Shown: positions 19,768 to 29,212, numbered from the stretch's first letter. The stretch: 64,000 nucleotides of DNA from an uncultured Bacteroidales bacterium (GCA_963705125.1 CAVPIY010000012.1:722443-786442); one strand, 5' to 3'. The notes: generated by a model from the letters alone, not told the origin. A program made the numbers and translations.

Positions 19768-20064
19768 TTACGATTTCTTTTTTTTCCGGTATAACACATG
19801 GATATGATCGGCATGCTCATCGGGATTAAATATCTGTATCAATTCCCAATCCTTGTCATATCCGTCAATGGCGCTCTTAAGCTTATAAATCCGGGCCAAT
19901 GATTTTTCGAGTGGATCAGAAAGATTGGAAAATTCGTTTTCTTCTTCCCAGGGGAATGATTCAATCCTGAAATCATACCGTATCTTCTTACCTGCCAGAA
20001 GGACTTCAACTTCGGCAACCTCTTTGTCTTTGAGGTATGGAATGGGAATACAGATCTCTTTCAC
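19768..20064 (-). CDS. hypothetical 98-aa acidic protein
   Basis: An intact ORF lying between the ABC ATPase and TolC genes. It has no TM segment and I recognise no family. Confidence 0.45.
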   Translation of the reverse strand: MKEICIPIPYLKDKEVAEVEVLLAGKKIRYDFRIESFPWEEENEFSNLSDPLEKSLARIYKLKSAIDGYDKDWELIQIFNPDEHADHIHVLYRKKKKS

Positions 20065-20075
20065 GTCATCACAGA

Positions 20076-20759
20076 TTATAAGATTTGTCTGATATTTTCA
20101 GTGACTATATGTCCGTCGAACAGCTGTACAATGCGGTGGGCTTTGTCGGCATCCGAGGGTGAATGGGTAACCATGATGATTGTGGTACCTTCATTGTTCA
20201 GTTCGGAAAGCAGGTTCATTACCTCTTCACCATTGGCTGAATCCAGGTTTCCTGTCGGCTCATCAGCCAGAATCAGCTGAGGCCTGGTTACAACTGCCCT
20301 GGCAATGGCCACGCGCTGCTGCTGACCTCCGGATAACTGCTGGGGGAAATGTTTTTTCCGATGCGTAATTTTCATGCGTTCAAGCACATCTTCCACTTTC
20401 TTACGCCGTTCGGAAGCTGATACTTTCAGGTACAGGAAGGGTAATTCAACATTTTCGTAAACAGTAAGCTCATCAATGAGGTTAAAACTTTGAAAAACGA
20501 AGCCGATATTTCCTTTTCTCAGGTTGGTCCGTTGTTTCTCCCTGTATCTGGCTACTTCTTCACCGTTGAAATAATACTGTCCGTCTGAAGGAGTGTCCAG
20601 CAATCCCAGTATATTCAGAAGCGTTGATTTTCCGCATCCTGACGGACCCATAATGGCAACAAATTCACCCTTTTCCACGGTGATGTTTACCTTGTTCAGT
20701 GCAGTTGTTTCCACTTCGTCTGTGCGAAAAACTTTTACGAGGTCAATTGTTTTGATCAT
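20076..20759 (-). CDS. ABC transporter ATP-binding protein (MacB/LolD type)
   Basis: It carries Walker A GPSGCGKST, the signature LSGGQQQRVAIARA and Walker B LILADEPT. Confidence 0.9.
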   Translation of the reverse strand: MIKTIDLVKVFRTDEVETTALNKVNITVEKGEFVAIMGPSGCGKSTLLNILGLLDTPSDGQYYFNGEEVARYREKQRTNLRKGNIGFVFQSFNLIDELTVYENVELPFLYLKVSASERRKKVEDVLERMKITHRKKHFPQQLSGGQQQRVAIARAVVTRPQLILADEPTGNLDSANGEEVMNLLSELNNEGTTIIMVTHSPSDADKAHRIVQLFDGHIVTENIRQIL

Positions 20760-20789
20760 ATCGGAAATTTTAGGTTATATAATTTCTGG

Positions 20790-22062
20790 TTAATTCTTTT
20801 TCAGGATAAGTTTATCCGCATCACCAAAGTTCTCGTAGTCAGAGATGATGACCTTCTCACCTTTCGAAAGTCCTTCCAGGACTTCATAATAACGCGGATT
20901 CTGGCGCCCGAGCCGTATCTTCCGGCGATAAGCCATATCGCCTGACGGATCGATGACAAAGACCCATTGTCCGCCCGTGCTTTGATAGAATCCTCCTCTG
21001 GGAAGCAGAAGGGCATCTTCCGATTCTCCAAGCTCCAGATGAATGCGGGCTGTTTGCCCGATCCGGATCTGTGCCGGAATCTGGCTGGTGAATTCCATAT
21101 CCACGGCAAACGTTCCGTTGCTGACCTCAGGATAGACCTTCATGATCCGGAGTGAGTTCTTTTGTCCGGCAAAATCAAAGTCAGCCGGTAATCCCCGTGG
21201 CTATCCGGGTAATGTAATGTTCATCGATCAGCACACGCATTTTATATGAATCAAGAATATTTATTGTTCCGATGTGACTGCCATAATTGACCACCTCACC
21301 CACCTCGGGATTCAGTGTGGCCAGTTCGCCGTCAACCGGAGCTTTGATATCCAGATTCTCCAGTCTGCGCCGTGTGAGGTGCAGGTTTTTCTGCATGCGA
21401 TCAATGGATTCTTCATCTGCTGCCATACGGGTTTTAAAGTAAATCGAATCCCGGTTGTATTTTTGTTTCTGCAATTCCAGCTGCAATTTGTTTTCCTCGA
21501 AGAGTTCCTTCGAATAAGCAAAATCTTCTTTGGAGATCAGGTTTTGTGAATACAGCAAGAGGTTGTTTTTATATTGTCTTTCAAGCTTCATCAGACCATA
21601 TTGCAGTTGAAGAATGTTGGAACGTGTTTGCAGGTTCTGGTTCTCGAGGTTAATGCGGGCTGTTTTCAGGTCATTCACGGCCCGCGAAACATCTGCTTCA
21701 TTGCTTGAGATATCGAGTAAAAGATTGTAATTGCTCAGCTTCAAAATCACATCACCCTTTTTAACACGGGTTCCCTCTTCGATCAGTTTTTCTTCAACCC
21801 TTCCTGATTCCACTGCATCCAGGTAAACATTTTTGATGGGTTCAACAGTTCCATTCACGGAGATGTAATCCTGGTATTTGCCGGCAATAACTTCCCCGAT
21901 GGCAATCTTGTCCTGCTCCACATTCAGTTTGGAGCTTTTATCCCCAAATACGAGTTGTAAAGCAACCAGGATAAAAACCAGCACACCAATCCCAATCCAA
22001 ACATGCTTTTTTTTCAGGCCCTTTTGTCTCGATTTTACGATCCATTCCTTCCATTGGTGCAA
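20790..22062 (-). pseudogene. HlyD-family periplasmic adaptor, one frameshift near 21185-21196
   Basis: The N-terminal 293 aa contain a TM segment, lipoyl-like region and coiled coil. The C-terminal 117 aa form a beta-barrel. A 1-nt correction reads ...RIATG(I)TADFDFAGQKNSLRIMKVYPEV.... Confidence 0.8.
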
Positions 22063-22287
22063 TTGAAAAAGCTTAAATCAATAGTTAAAAATAACAAAAA
22101 AGTACACGAATTATGCCAATTATAATAAACTGTTAAAATACAATTATTTATTTAATTTTGTGTCTGGTAACTATTCAATTATTTTGTACAAAAATGAAAC
22201 ACCAGTCGTTCGGAACCGGACACTTTCAGACCGCATGAAAGCATGCAGAAAGCAATTATACGCCCTGTATTTTTCAAACTATTTCCA

Positions 22288-22295
22288 TACATTTG
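22288..22295 (+). promoter_or_regulatory. candidate Bacteroidota -7 box (TAcaTTTG)
   Basis: It matches the TAnnTTTG consensus, 28 nt upstream of the response-regulator ATG at 22323. Confidence 0.35.
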
Positions 22296-22322
22296 TTAGG
22301 ATAATGAAATGCAAACAATCAA

Positions 22323-23700
22323 ATGAGTGAAAAAATTGGAAACATTCTGGCAGTTGATGATAACGAAGATATTTTATTTGCGTTAAAACTCTTGCTGAAA
22401 CCTCATGTCGAAAAACTAACCACCCTGAACAGTCCGGACAAGATGCCGGAAATGCTGACCAAGGAATATTTCGACATGATCTTGCTGGATATGAATTTCA
22501 ACAAGGACGCCATTAGCGGACAGGAGGGATTCGACTGGCTGGGCAGAATACTGGAAATCGATCCCCAGGCTGTGGTGGTGTTTATCACAGCATATGGTGA
22601 TGCGGAAAGGGCTGTAAAAGCCATTAAATCAGGCGCCACTGATTTTGTCTGAAAGCCCTGGCAAAATGAGAAACTCCTGGCAACCATTTCCTCCTCAATT
22701 AAACTGAGGCGGTCCAGGCTCGAAGCCAATGAACTGCGTGCCAAGCAAAAGGAGATCAGCGCCGTGATGGATCAGCCCTTTGTCGATTTCATCGGCAGTT
22801 CTACCCGGATGCAGGAGGTATTCAACACCATTAAAAAAGTGGCCCAGACCGATGCCAACGTGCTCATACTGGGAGAAAACGGTACCGGTAAGGAATTGGT
22901 GGCCCGTGCCCTGCACCGCAATTCACCCAGGCGCGATGAGGTATTTATCAGTGTTGACCTTGGATCGTTGAGTGAAACCCTGTTTGAGAGTGAGTTATTT
23001 GGTCATGAAAAGGGTGCATTTACCGACGCCAAAAAGGAAAAACCCGGACGGTTTGAAATTGCCTCCCACGGTACCCTTTTCCTCGATGAGATCGGGAACC
23101 TCACCTTCCCGATGCAATCGAAGATACTCACGGTTATTGAACGTCGTGAAGTCACCCGGGTGGGTGCAAACCGACCGGTCTCCGTTGATGTAAGGCTGAT
23201 CTGTGCCACCAACAGTGACCTGTATGAATCGGTGAGCAATAACCTGTTCAGACAGGACCTGTTGTACCGTATCAATACCGTGGAAATACACCTGCCGCCC
23301 TCTGCGTGATCGCGGCGATGATATTGAATTGTTATCCAATCCATTTCCTGAAAATATATTCTAAAAAATACCGGAAATCCTTACGGGGGATTACTGCTGC
23401 TGCTTTGAAAAAGCTGATGCACTATGGCTGGCCGGGTAATGTGCGTGAATTGCAGCATGCCATTGAACGGGCTGTTATCATGACAGAAACACCCTCGCTT
23501 GAACCTGAAGATTTTATCTTTCCCCACCCCGTAAGAAATCAGGCGATCTTGAATTTGACACCTATAACCTTGATGAAATTGAAAGACGGGTTATTGAAAA
23601 AGTGATGAAACAGAACCAGGGCAATATTTCCCAGGCAGCACAGGAACTCGGGCTTACCAGAACTTCTTTCTACCGGAGGATGGAGAAATATGGTTTTTAG
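22323..23700 (+). pseudogene. sigma54-dependent (NtrC-type) response regulator, with multiple indels
   Basis: It has a REC domain (DMILLDMNF), an AAA+ domain (GENGTGKE, GAFTDA, GTLFLDEIG) and a Fis HTH (GNISQAAQELGLTRTSFYRRMEKYGF). There is an in-frame TGA at 22650-22652 and frameshifts near 23297, 23336 and 23530. Confidence 0.85.
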
Positions 23701-25048
23701 AAATTTCAGGCTGAATATTATTATCCGCGTCATCCTGCTGGCTGCGTCCATCTACCTTCTATTCTATATTTTAAGGTCCGACTATTTCATTGCACCTGTC
23801 ATTGTGGCAGTAGTCGTAATTTTTGAGATAGCCTCACTGATCCGGTATCTCGATAAAACAAACCGGGAACTGACCAGTTTTCTTGAATCAATCCGGTTCT
23901 CCGAATTTACCCGGACATTTCAGATAGAAAGCATGGGCGGCACATTTAATGAGTTGAACAAGGCTTTCAATGAGGTGATGCAGGATTTTCAGAAAGGTCC
24001 GGGCCGAAAAGGAAGAAAGCTTTCATTACCTGCAAACCATCGTGCAAAATATTGATGTAAGTGTTATTGCCTACAGCGCCGACGGGAATATCGAACTGAT
24101 CAATAAAACTGCCAAAAAACTTTTTCAGCTGGCCAGCATCAAAAATATCAAGGCACTGGAAACACTCAGCCCTGAGCTTGTCTGCCACCCTGCTGAACAT
24201 CAAAGCCGGGCGAGAACAAACTGGTCAAAGTGCAATACGATGATGATATCCTGCAGCTGGCTATTTATGCATCAACCATCAAGGTAAAGACAAGCTTATC
24301 TTATCTGGTTACCATCAAGGATATCCAGAATGTGCTCGAGGAACAGGAAACTGAAGCATGGCAGAAACTAATCCGTGTGCTTACCCATGAGATCATGAAT
24401 TCCATTACCCCCATCGCCTCGCTGTCATCCACGCTCGATCTGATGCTGAAAGGCATGGTAGCCGGGGGAAACGGTGAAGAGCTGAATATAGATAAGGAAT
24501 CGGTTTCGTGAAATTCAGGAAGCCCTCCAGACCATCAACAAACGGAGTACAGGTCTGTTGCATTTTGTCAATACATACCGGAACCTGACGCGTATTCCCA
24601 AACCCAATTTCAGGCTCTGTCAGGTAAAGGAACTCTTCAACAATATCGAGAAACTGATGGAGGAGGAGATGAAGCGATGCGGATTTGAATTCATTGTCAG
24701 GGTTGAACCCGAAAATCTGCAATTCACCGCTGATGACCAGCTGATTGAACAGGTGCTGATCAACCTCCTGAAGAACTCAATGCATGCATTGAACGGCAGG
24801 CCAGACGGCAGGATGCAGTTGCTTGGATTCCTGAACAAAAGAGGAAGGGTGACCCTTCAGGTGACCGACAACGGACCGGGTATTCTGAAAGATGTGCTGG
24901 ATAAGATTTTTATTCCTTTTTTCACAACCAAACCATCCGGATCGGGCATCGGACTGAGTCTTTCCAAACAGATCCTGAGGTTGCATAACGGCACCATTAC
25001 AGCCATTCAGAACCGGAAGTGGAAACGGTGTTTACGATGACGTTTTAG
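23690..25048 (+). pseudogene. sensor histidine kinase, with multiple indels
   Basis: It has two TM segments, an H-box (LTHEIMNSITPI) and an ATPase domain (DNGPGI, FFTTKPSGSGIGLSL). Frameshifts lie near 23995, 24190-24230, 24505 and 25005. Confidence 0.8.
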
Positions 25049-25081
25049 GCTGTAGGCTTTAGGCTGTTAGGCTGTTAGGGG
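25046..25081. repeat. heptanucleotide array TAGGCT(G/T) x ~5
   Basis: The tandem units are read directly. They are the reverse complement of the array at 25514-25585. Confidence 0.9.
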
Positions 25082-25147
25082 TAATTAATTTCTATTTTTA
25101 TTAGAATATAATGTACTTTATATGTTATTTGCAAAAAACCTAAAAAA

Positions 25148-25519
25148 ATGAGAGACCATACTAAATTAAGGGCATTTGAATTGCCGATGAAGCAGCAATC
25201 ATGATCTATAAAATAACCCGGAGGTTTCCAAAAGATGAAATATACGGATTAACATCACAAATGAGGGTGCTGGTGTATCAGTGGCATCAAATATCGTTGA
25301 AGGATGTGCCCGTAAGTCAAAATGAGTATTGTAGATTTCTTGAAATGGCCTTTGGATCACATAGGGAGTTGCATTACCAATTTGGATTATCATTCGTTAG
25401 GATACATTAAGAATCAGGAAGGCAATTTAACTGTGAATCGAAAGTACTTGAGCGCTGAGGAGTCTGCCATTCCTGAATACGAAGATTGCGTTAAAATCTG
25501 CTACTGTCTTAACGCCTAA
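25148..25519 (+). pseudogene. four-helix-bundle protein (23S rRNA intervening-sequence protein family), frame disrupted by homopolymer indels
   Basis: MRDHTKLRAFEL..., IYKITRRFPKDEIYGLTSQMR, AGVSVASNIVEGCARKS and EYCRFLEMAFGSHRELHYQ are spread over two frames. The 3' end is uncertain. Confidence 0.7.
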
Positions 25520-25585
25520 CAGTGCCTAACAGTCTAACAGCCTAATAGCCTAACAGTCTAACAGCCTAACAGTCTAACAGCCTAA
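25514..25585. repeat. heptanucleotide array CCTAACAG-type x ~10
   Basis: The tandem units are read directly. It is the inverted partner of the array at 25046-25081. Confidence 0.9.
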
Positions 25586-25636
25586 TTTAAAACCATTCTA
25601 AATACAATTATCTATATATATATATCTATATTTTTA

Positions 25637-25644
25637 TATATTTG
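25637..25644 (+). promoter_or_regulatory. candidate Bacteroidota -7 box (TAtaTTTG)
   Basis: It matches TAnnTTTG, 16 nt upstream of the ATG at 25660 in an AT-rich spacer. Confidence 0.4.
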
Positions 25645-25659
25645 CAGCAAATATTAACC

Positions 25660-26308
25660 ATGGATACTTCATCAATCGATATCCGTTATTCTGCCCTGGC
25701 AGAACAAACCTGCTGCCTTTCCTGCGGCGGGGCAATCATTTTGCCGGGCCCCTTCCGGGAGAAAATTGTGTTGATCTTGGCAGTGGCCGTGGGAACAGAT
25801 GTTCTCCGCATGGCTGAAGAAGTTGGTGAAAAGGGATTTGTGATCGGTGTGGATGTGTCGGAAGGCATGCTGGAGACAGCCCGCAGAAATGCATCCAAAC
25901 TGGGCATTTCCAATGTCAGTTTTATCCGGTCCGACCTGGAGACCCTTCCCGTTGCAGACGGATTCGCTGACCTGGTCATTTCCAATTGCACAATCAATCA
26001 CGTAACCGACAAGAATAAAGTATGGCAGGAAATTTATCGCATATTGAAAAGCGGGGGCAGATTTGTGGTGAGCGATATTTATGCTGTTCACCGTGATCCC
26101 GGATGAATACAGGAATGATCCGGTGGCTGTTTCCGAATGCTGGGCAGGAGCCGTTACACGTGAAGAATATTTGAAAACACTGATTAAAACCGGATTTAAC
26201 AGTATAGAAATACTGGAAGAAAGCGAACCTTACCAGAAAGGTAAGGCAGAAATCGCAAGTTTTACTATATTTGGGAAAAAAGAAAAGAAATGCAGTTGTT
26301 GTTCATAA
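25660..26308 (+). pseudogene. arsM: ArsM-like SAM-dependent (arsenite) methyltransferase, frame disrupted
   Basis: It has an N-terminal CCLSCGG, VISNCTINH (conserved Cys context), GGRFVVSD and a C-terminal KKCSCCS. Motif I reads VLILAVAVGTDV, which becomes VLDLGSGRGTDV after reversing two homopolymer changes. A frameshift lies near 26090. Confidence 0.65.
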
Positions 26309-26324
26309 TAATATAGTTCACATC

Positions 26325-26423
26325 ATGAAATCACTAACCAAAAAGAAAAATCAGGCAAAAACCCGTAAGGTTGCACAATGCTGTGCCAAGAATTCTAAAA
26401 TAGTTGCCGGCTGCCACGACTAA
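26325..26423 (+). CDS. 32-aa Lys/Cys-rich small ORF (MKSLTKKKNQAKTRKVAQCCAKNSKIVAGCHD)
   Basis: It starts with ATG 16 nt after the methyltransferase stop and ends 52 nt before the radical-SAM start, on the same strand. The frame is uncertain because the ORF contains A-runs in an error-prone region. Confidence 0.35.
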   Translation: MKSLTKKKNQAKTRKVAQCCAKNSKIVAGCHD

Positions 26424-26475
26424 AAATGATCATGGCGGTTTAATCAGGTGCCTTATCCGGCAACCTGTAAAAACC

Positions 26476-27781
26476 ATGGAACGCTCCAGACACAATATTT
26501 TCTCGGCAATTCATCAGTCAGATGAATACTTTCTTGTCAATATACTTTCAGGAAATGCAGATATTCTTAACTCCGGCAGAAGCTCAGCGTTATCTCAGCA
26601 ATGAGGTAAACGGTGACCCGGAATACATTGAAAAAGGATATGTTGTCGATCCGGTTGAGGAAGAAAGGCTGTATCGCCGGAAGTATCTGGATTTCCTGGA
26701 TACCCGGGATAATGATGAAATTCAGCTCTTCTATGCTCCTTCCTATGCCTGCAATTTCAATTGTTCCTATTGTTATCAGGACGGCTACGGGCAGGGGGGA
26801 GCGAAAATGACCCTGCCGTAACCGCTGCATTTTTCTCCTATATCCGGAACCATTTTCAGAACCGGCAGAAGTATATCACTCTTTTTGGCGGAGAACCCTT
26901 GTTGGGTGGAACAGGCAACCGGAAATTCCTGACACGATTTTGTCCGGCAATGTCGCGAAAATAACCTCGATCTGGCCGTGGTTACCAATGGTTACCATCT
27001 TGAATCGTATATTGCCCTTCTGTCCGGTACCCGTATTCGCGAAATACAGGTTACACTCGACGGTCCTGAATCTGTCCACAATAACCCGGCGTCAATTGAA
27101 AGGAGGGCGTGAAACATTTTCATCCATAGTCCGGGGTATTGATGCTGCCCTGGCAGCCGGATTGCCGGTGAACCTGCGGGTAGTGCTTGACCGGGAAAAC
27201 ATCGCCGCATTACCTGAGCTTGCACAATATGCAGCAGACAAAGGCTGGACAGAGTCACCTCTTTTTAAAACCCAGCTGGGCCGGAATTATGAATTGCATT
27301 ACTGCCAGTCGCAGCAGTCCAGGCTATATTCCAGGATCGATCTTTACAAAGACCTGTATAACCTCATCCTGGAAAATCCGGTCATTCTCGATTTCCACAA
27401 ACCGGCTTATTCTGTCAGAAGTTTCTGTTTGAGAACGGCGAACTTCCCTCCCCCTTGTTTGATTCCTGTCCGGGATGCAAAACCGAATGGGCGTTCGACT
27501 ATACCGGTAAAATATATTCCTGCACAGCCACCGTGGGCAAGCCGGGTGAGGAGCTGGGTGCTTTTTATCCGCAGGTAAATCTGAACGGTGAACTGGTGGA
27601 AAAATGGCAGCAGCGGGATGTACTTAGCATCAAGGCATGCGGGAGTTGCAACCTTCGTTTGGCCTGCGGCGGAGGTTGTGCCAGTGTTGCCTATAACCGT
27701 GAAAAAGAACTGCATGCACCTGACTGCAGGCCGGTCAAAGAATTGCTGGAACTGGGAATGTCCCTTTACTCCCGAACTTGA
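26476..27781 (+). pseudogene. radical SAM / SPASM-domain enzyme with a ~90-aa N-terminal extension, at least 5 frameshifts
   Basis: CNFNCSYC (CxxxCxxC) lies at about residue 92. It also has ITLFGGEPLL, VVTNGY and a C-terminal CGSCNLRLACGGGC (Cx2Cx5Cx3C). Frameshifts lie near 26570, 26800, 26930, 27085 and 27425. Confidence 0.8.
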
Positions 27782-27823
27782 AGAGAAGAATCCTCAACAA
27801 CATAAATTAAATCCTTAAACATC

Positions 27824-29097
27824 ATGAAAGAAATTGCTACCGCTGATTTTGAAGCCGAAGTATTGCAGGCTGATAAAGTGGTCCTCGATTTTTATTCCTC
27901 CGAATGTCCGCCATGTGAGGCATCTGGCGCCAAAATTCGAATCCCTGGCTGCCATTTATGGCAAAGACATCAAATTCCTGAAGGTTTTCAGGCAACAGAA
28001 CCGCGACCTGGCTGAACGGCTTGGTGTATCAGGCTCCCCAACCCTGGTCTTTTTTGATCACGGCAAAGAAGTGGGCATCCGCTTATCCGGAGGGATCAAG
28101 CGATCGGAAATCATGGTTAACCTGAATGCCATGTTGGCCCCGGAGAGGGTTTCGGCCCTGAAGAGCAAACTTAAACCTTTTACTTCCGATTATGATGTCG
28201 CCATCATCGGCAGCGGTCCCGGTGGACTCACAGCAGGATTATATCTCTGTCAGGCGCGCATCAATACGGTATTGATCGATACAGGCCTGCCCGGCGGTCA
28301 TGTCAGCCTCACCCACCAGGTTTCCAATTATCCCGGATTTCATTGATCCCCAACCGGGATACCTTCTCTCACACAATATGTCAGAACAAACCAAAAAATG
28401 CGGGAGCACATTCAAGGTTGCCGTGGATGTCACACGGGTTGACCTGGAGAAAAAGCAAATTATAATCGACGAATTCGAGACGATTCAGGCCAGAAAGATC
28501 ATCATTGCCACAGGCACCTCGCCCAATTATCTCCATGTTCCGGGAGAAAAGGAATTTAAAGGCAAGGGAATTTCGTATTGTGCAACCTGTGATGCAAAAT
28601 ATTATGTTGATAAGGAAGTTTTGGTCATCGGGGGTGGCAATTCAGCCGTGGAAGAGGCTGAATTTATTACCAAATTTGCCTCCAAAGTCACGCTTGTTCA
28701 TCAGTTCGACAAGTTTCAGGCTAACAAGCAGGCCCAGGAGAAATTGCTGGCCAATCCCAAGGTAAAGGTCTTGTTCCGCCATGAACCCAGGTCCTTCAGC
28801 CGTAAAGGCGACAGAATGGTTGTTACCATAGAGGACCTGAGCACCAGTAAATTGAAGAAGCTGGTCGTGGACGGGGTGTTCATCTTTGTCGGCTTAAAAC
28901 CGAATATCGACCTGTTTGGCGGCAAACTGGAAACCGACAAATGGGGTTACCTCAAAACGGATGAAGATATGCATACCAACCTGGATGGGATTTATGCAGT
29001 CGGCGATGTCAGGAGCAAGAAGTACAGGCAGATCACAACAGCCATTGCCGATGGGACAATTGCTGCCATCAGTATCACCCGGGAGCTGGACAACTAG
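27824..29097 (+). pseudogene. thioredoxin-domain / thioredoxin-reductase fusion protein, 2 frameshifts
   Basis: The N-terminal Trx fold carries SECPPCE...GSPTLVFF. The FAD/NADPH reductase part follows with DVAIIGSGPGGLTAG, CATCD, GGGNSAVEEA and GDV. Frameshifts lie near 27925 and 28340. Confidence 0.8.
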
Positions 29098-29121
29098 GCT
29101 GTTAAGCTGTTTGCTGAAACT

Positions 29122-29212
29122 TCTTCGGAATTCGACATTCAGCGTTCCTTGTTCGGTGTTATTCTATAGCAAATAACACTGAACAAGGAACATCGAATAA
29201 TGAATAACGAAG
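29122..29212. terminator. long hairpin (20-bp core stem) downstream of the Trx-TrxR gene
   Basis: GTTCCTTGTTCGGTGTTATT (29144-29163) pairs with AATAACACTGAACAAGGAAC (29172-29191) with one G:T position. The outer arms are imperfect and there is no U-tract. Confidence 0.45.

Noticed and set aside
22249-22266. A candidate sigma54 promoter for the efflux operon lies on the minus strand (AGGGCGTATAATTGCTTT).
   Set aside because: Only the -12 TTGCT part fits. The -24 element is AGGGCG rather than TGGCAC, so the match is too weak to call. Homopolymer errors in this region add further uncertainty.
22650-22652. The in-frame TGA in the response regulator might indicate stop-codon reassignment or selenocysteine.
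   Set aside because: Many genes in the window terminate at TGA. Two adjacent homopolymer corrections restore the expected DFVLKPW. No SECIS-like context was evident.
26404-26475. The TTG-initiated upstream extension of the radical SAM ORF (LPAATTKNDHGGLIRCLIRQPVKT) might be its real N-terminus.
   Set aside because: It overlaps the end of the 32-aa ORF, has no recognisable similarity, and is followed by a conventional ATG (MERSRHNIF...) typical of the start of such enzymes. This remains uncertain given the sequence quality.
26476-27781. The radical SAM/SPASM gene might be the anaerobic sulfatase-maturating enzyme for the two sulfatases.
   Set aside because: anSME proteins carry the CxxxCxxC cluster within the first ~30 residues. 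Here it is at about residue 92, behind an extra N-terminal domain. The gene is also linked to ArsM-like and Trx-TrxR genes, not to the sulfatases 17 kb away.
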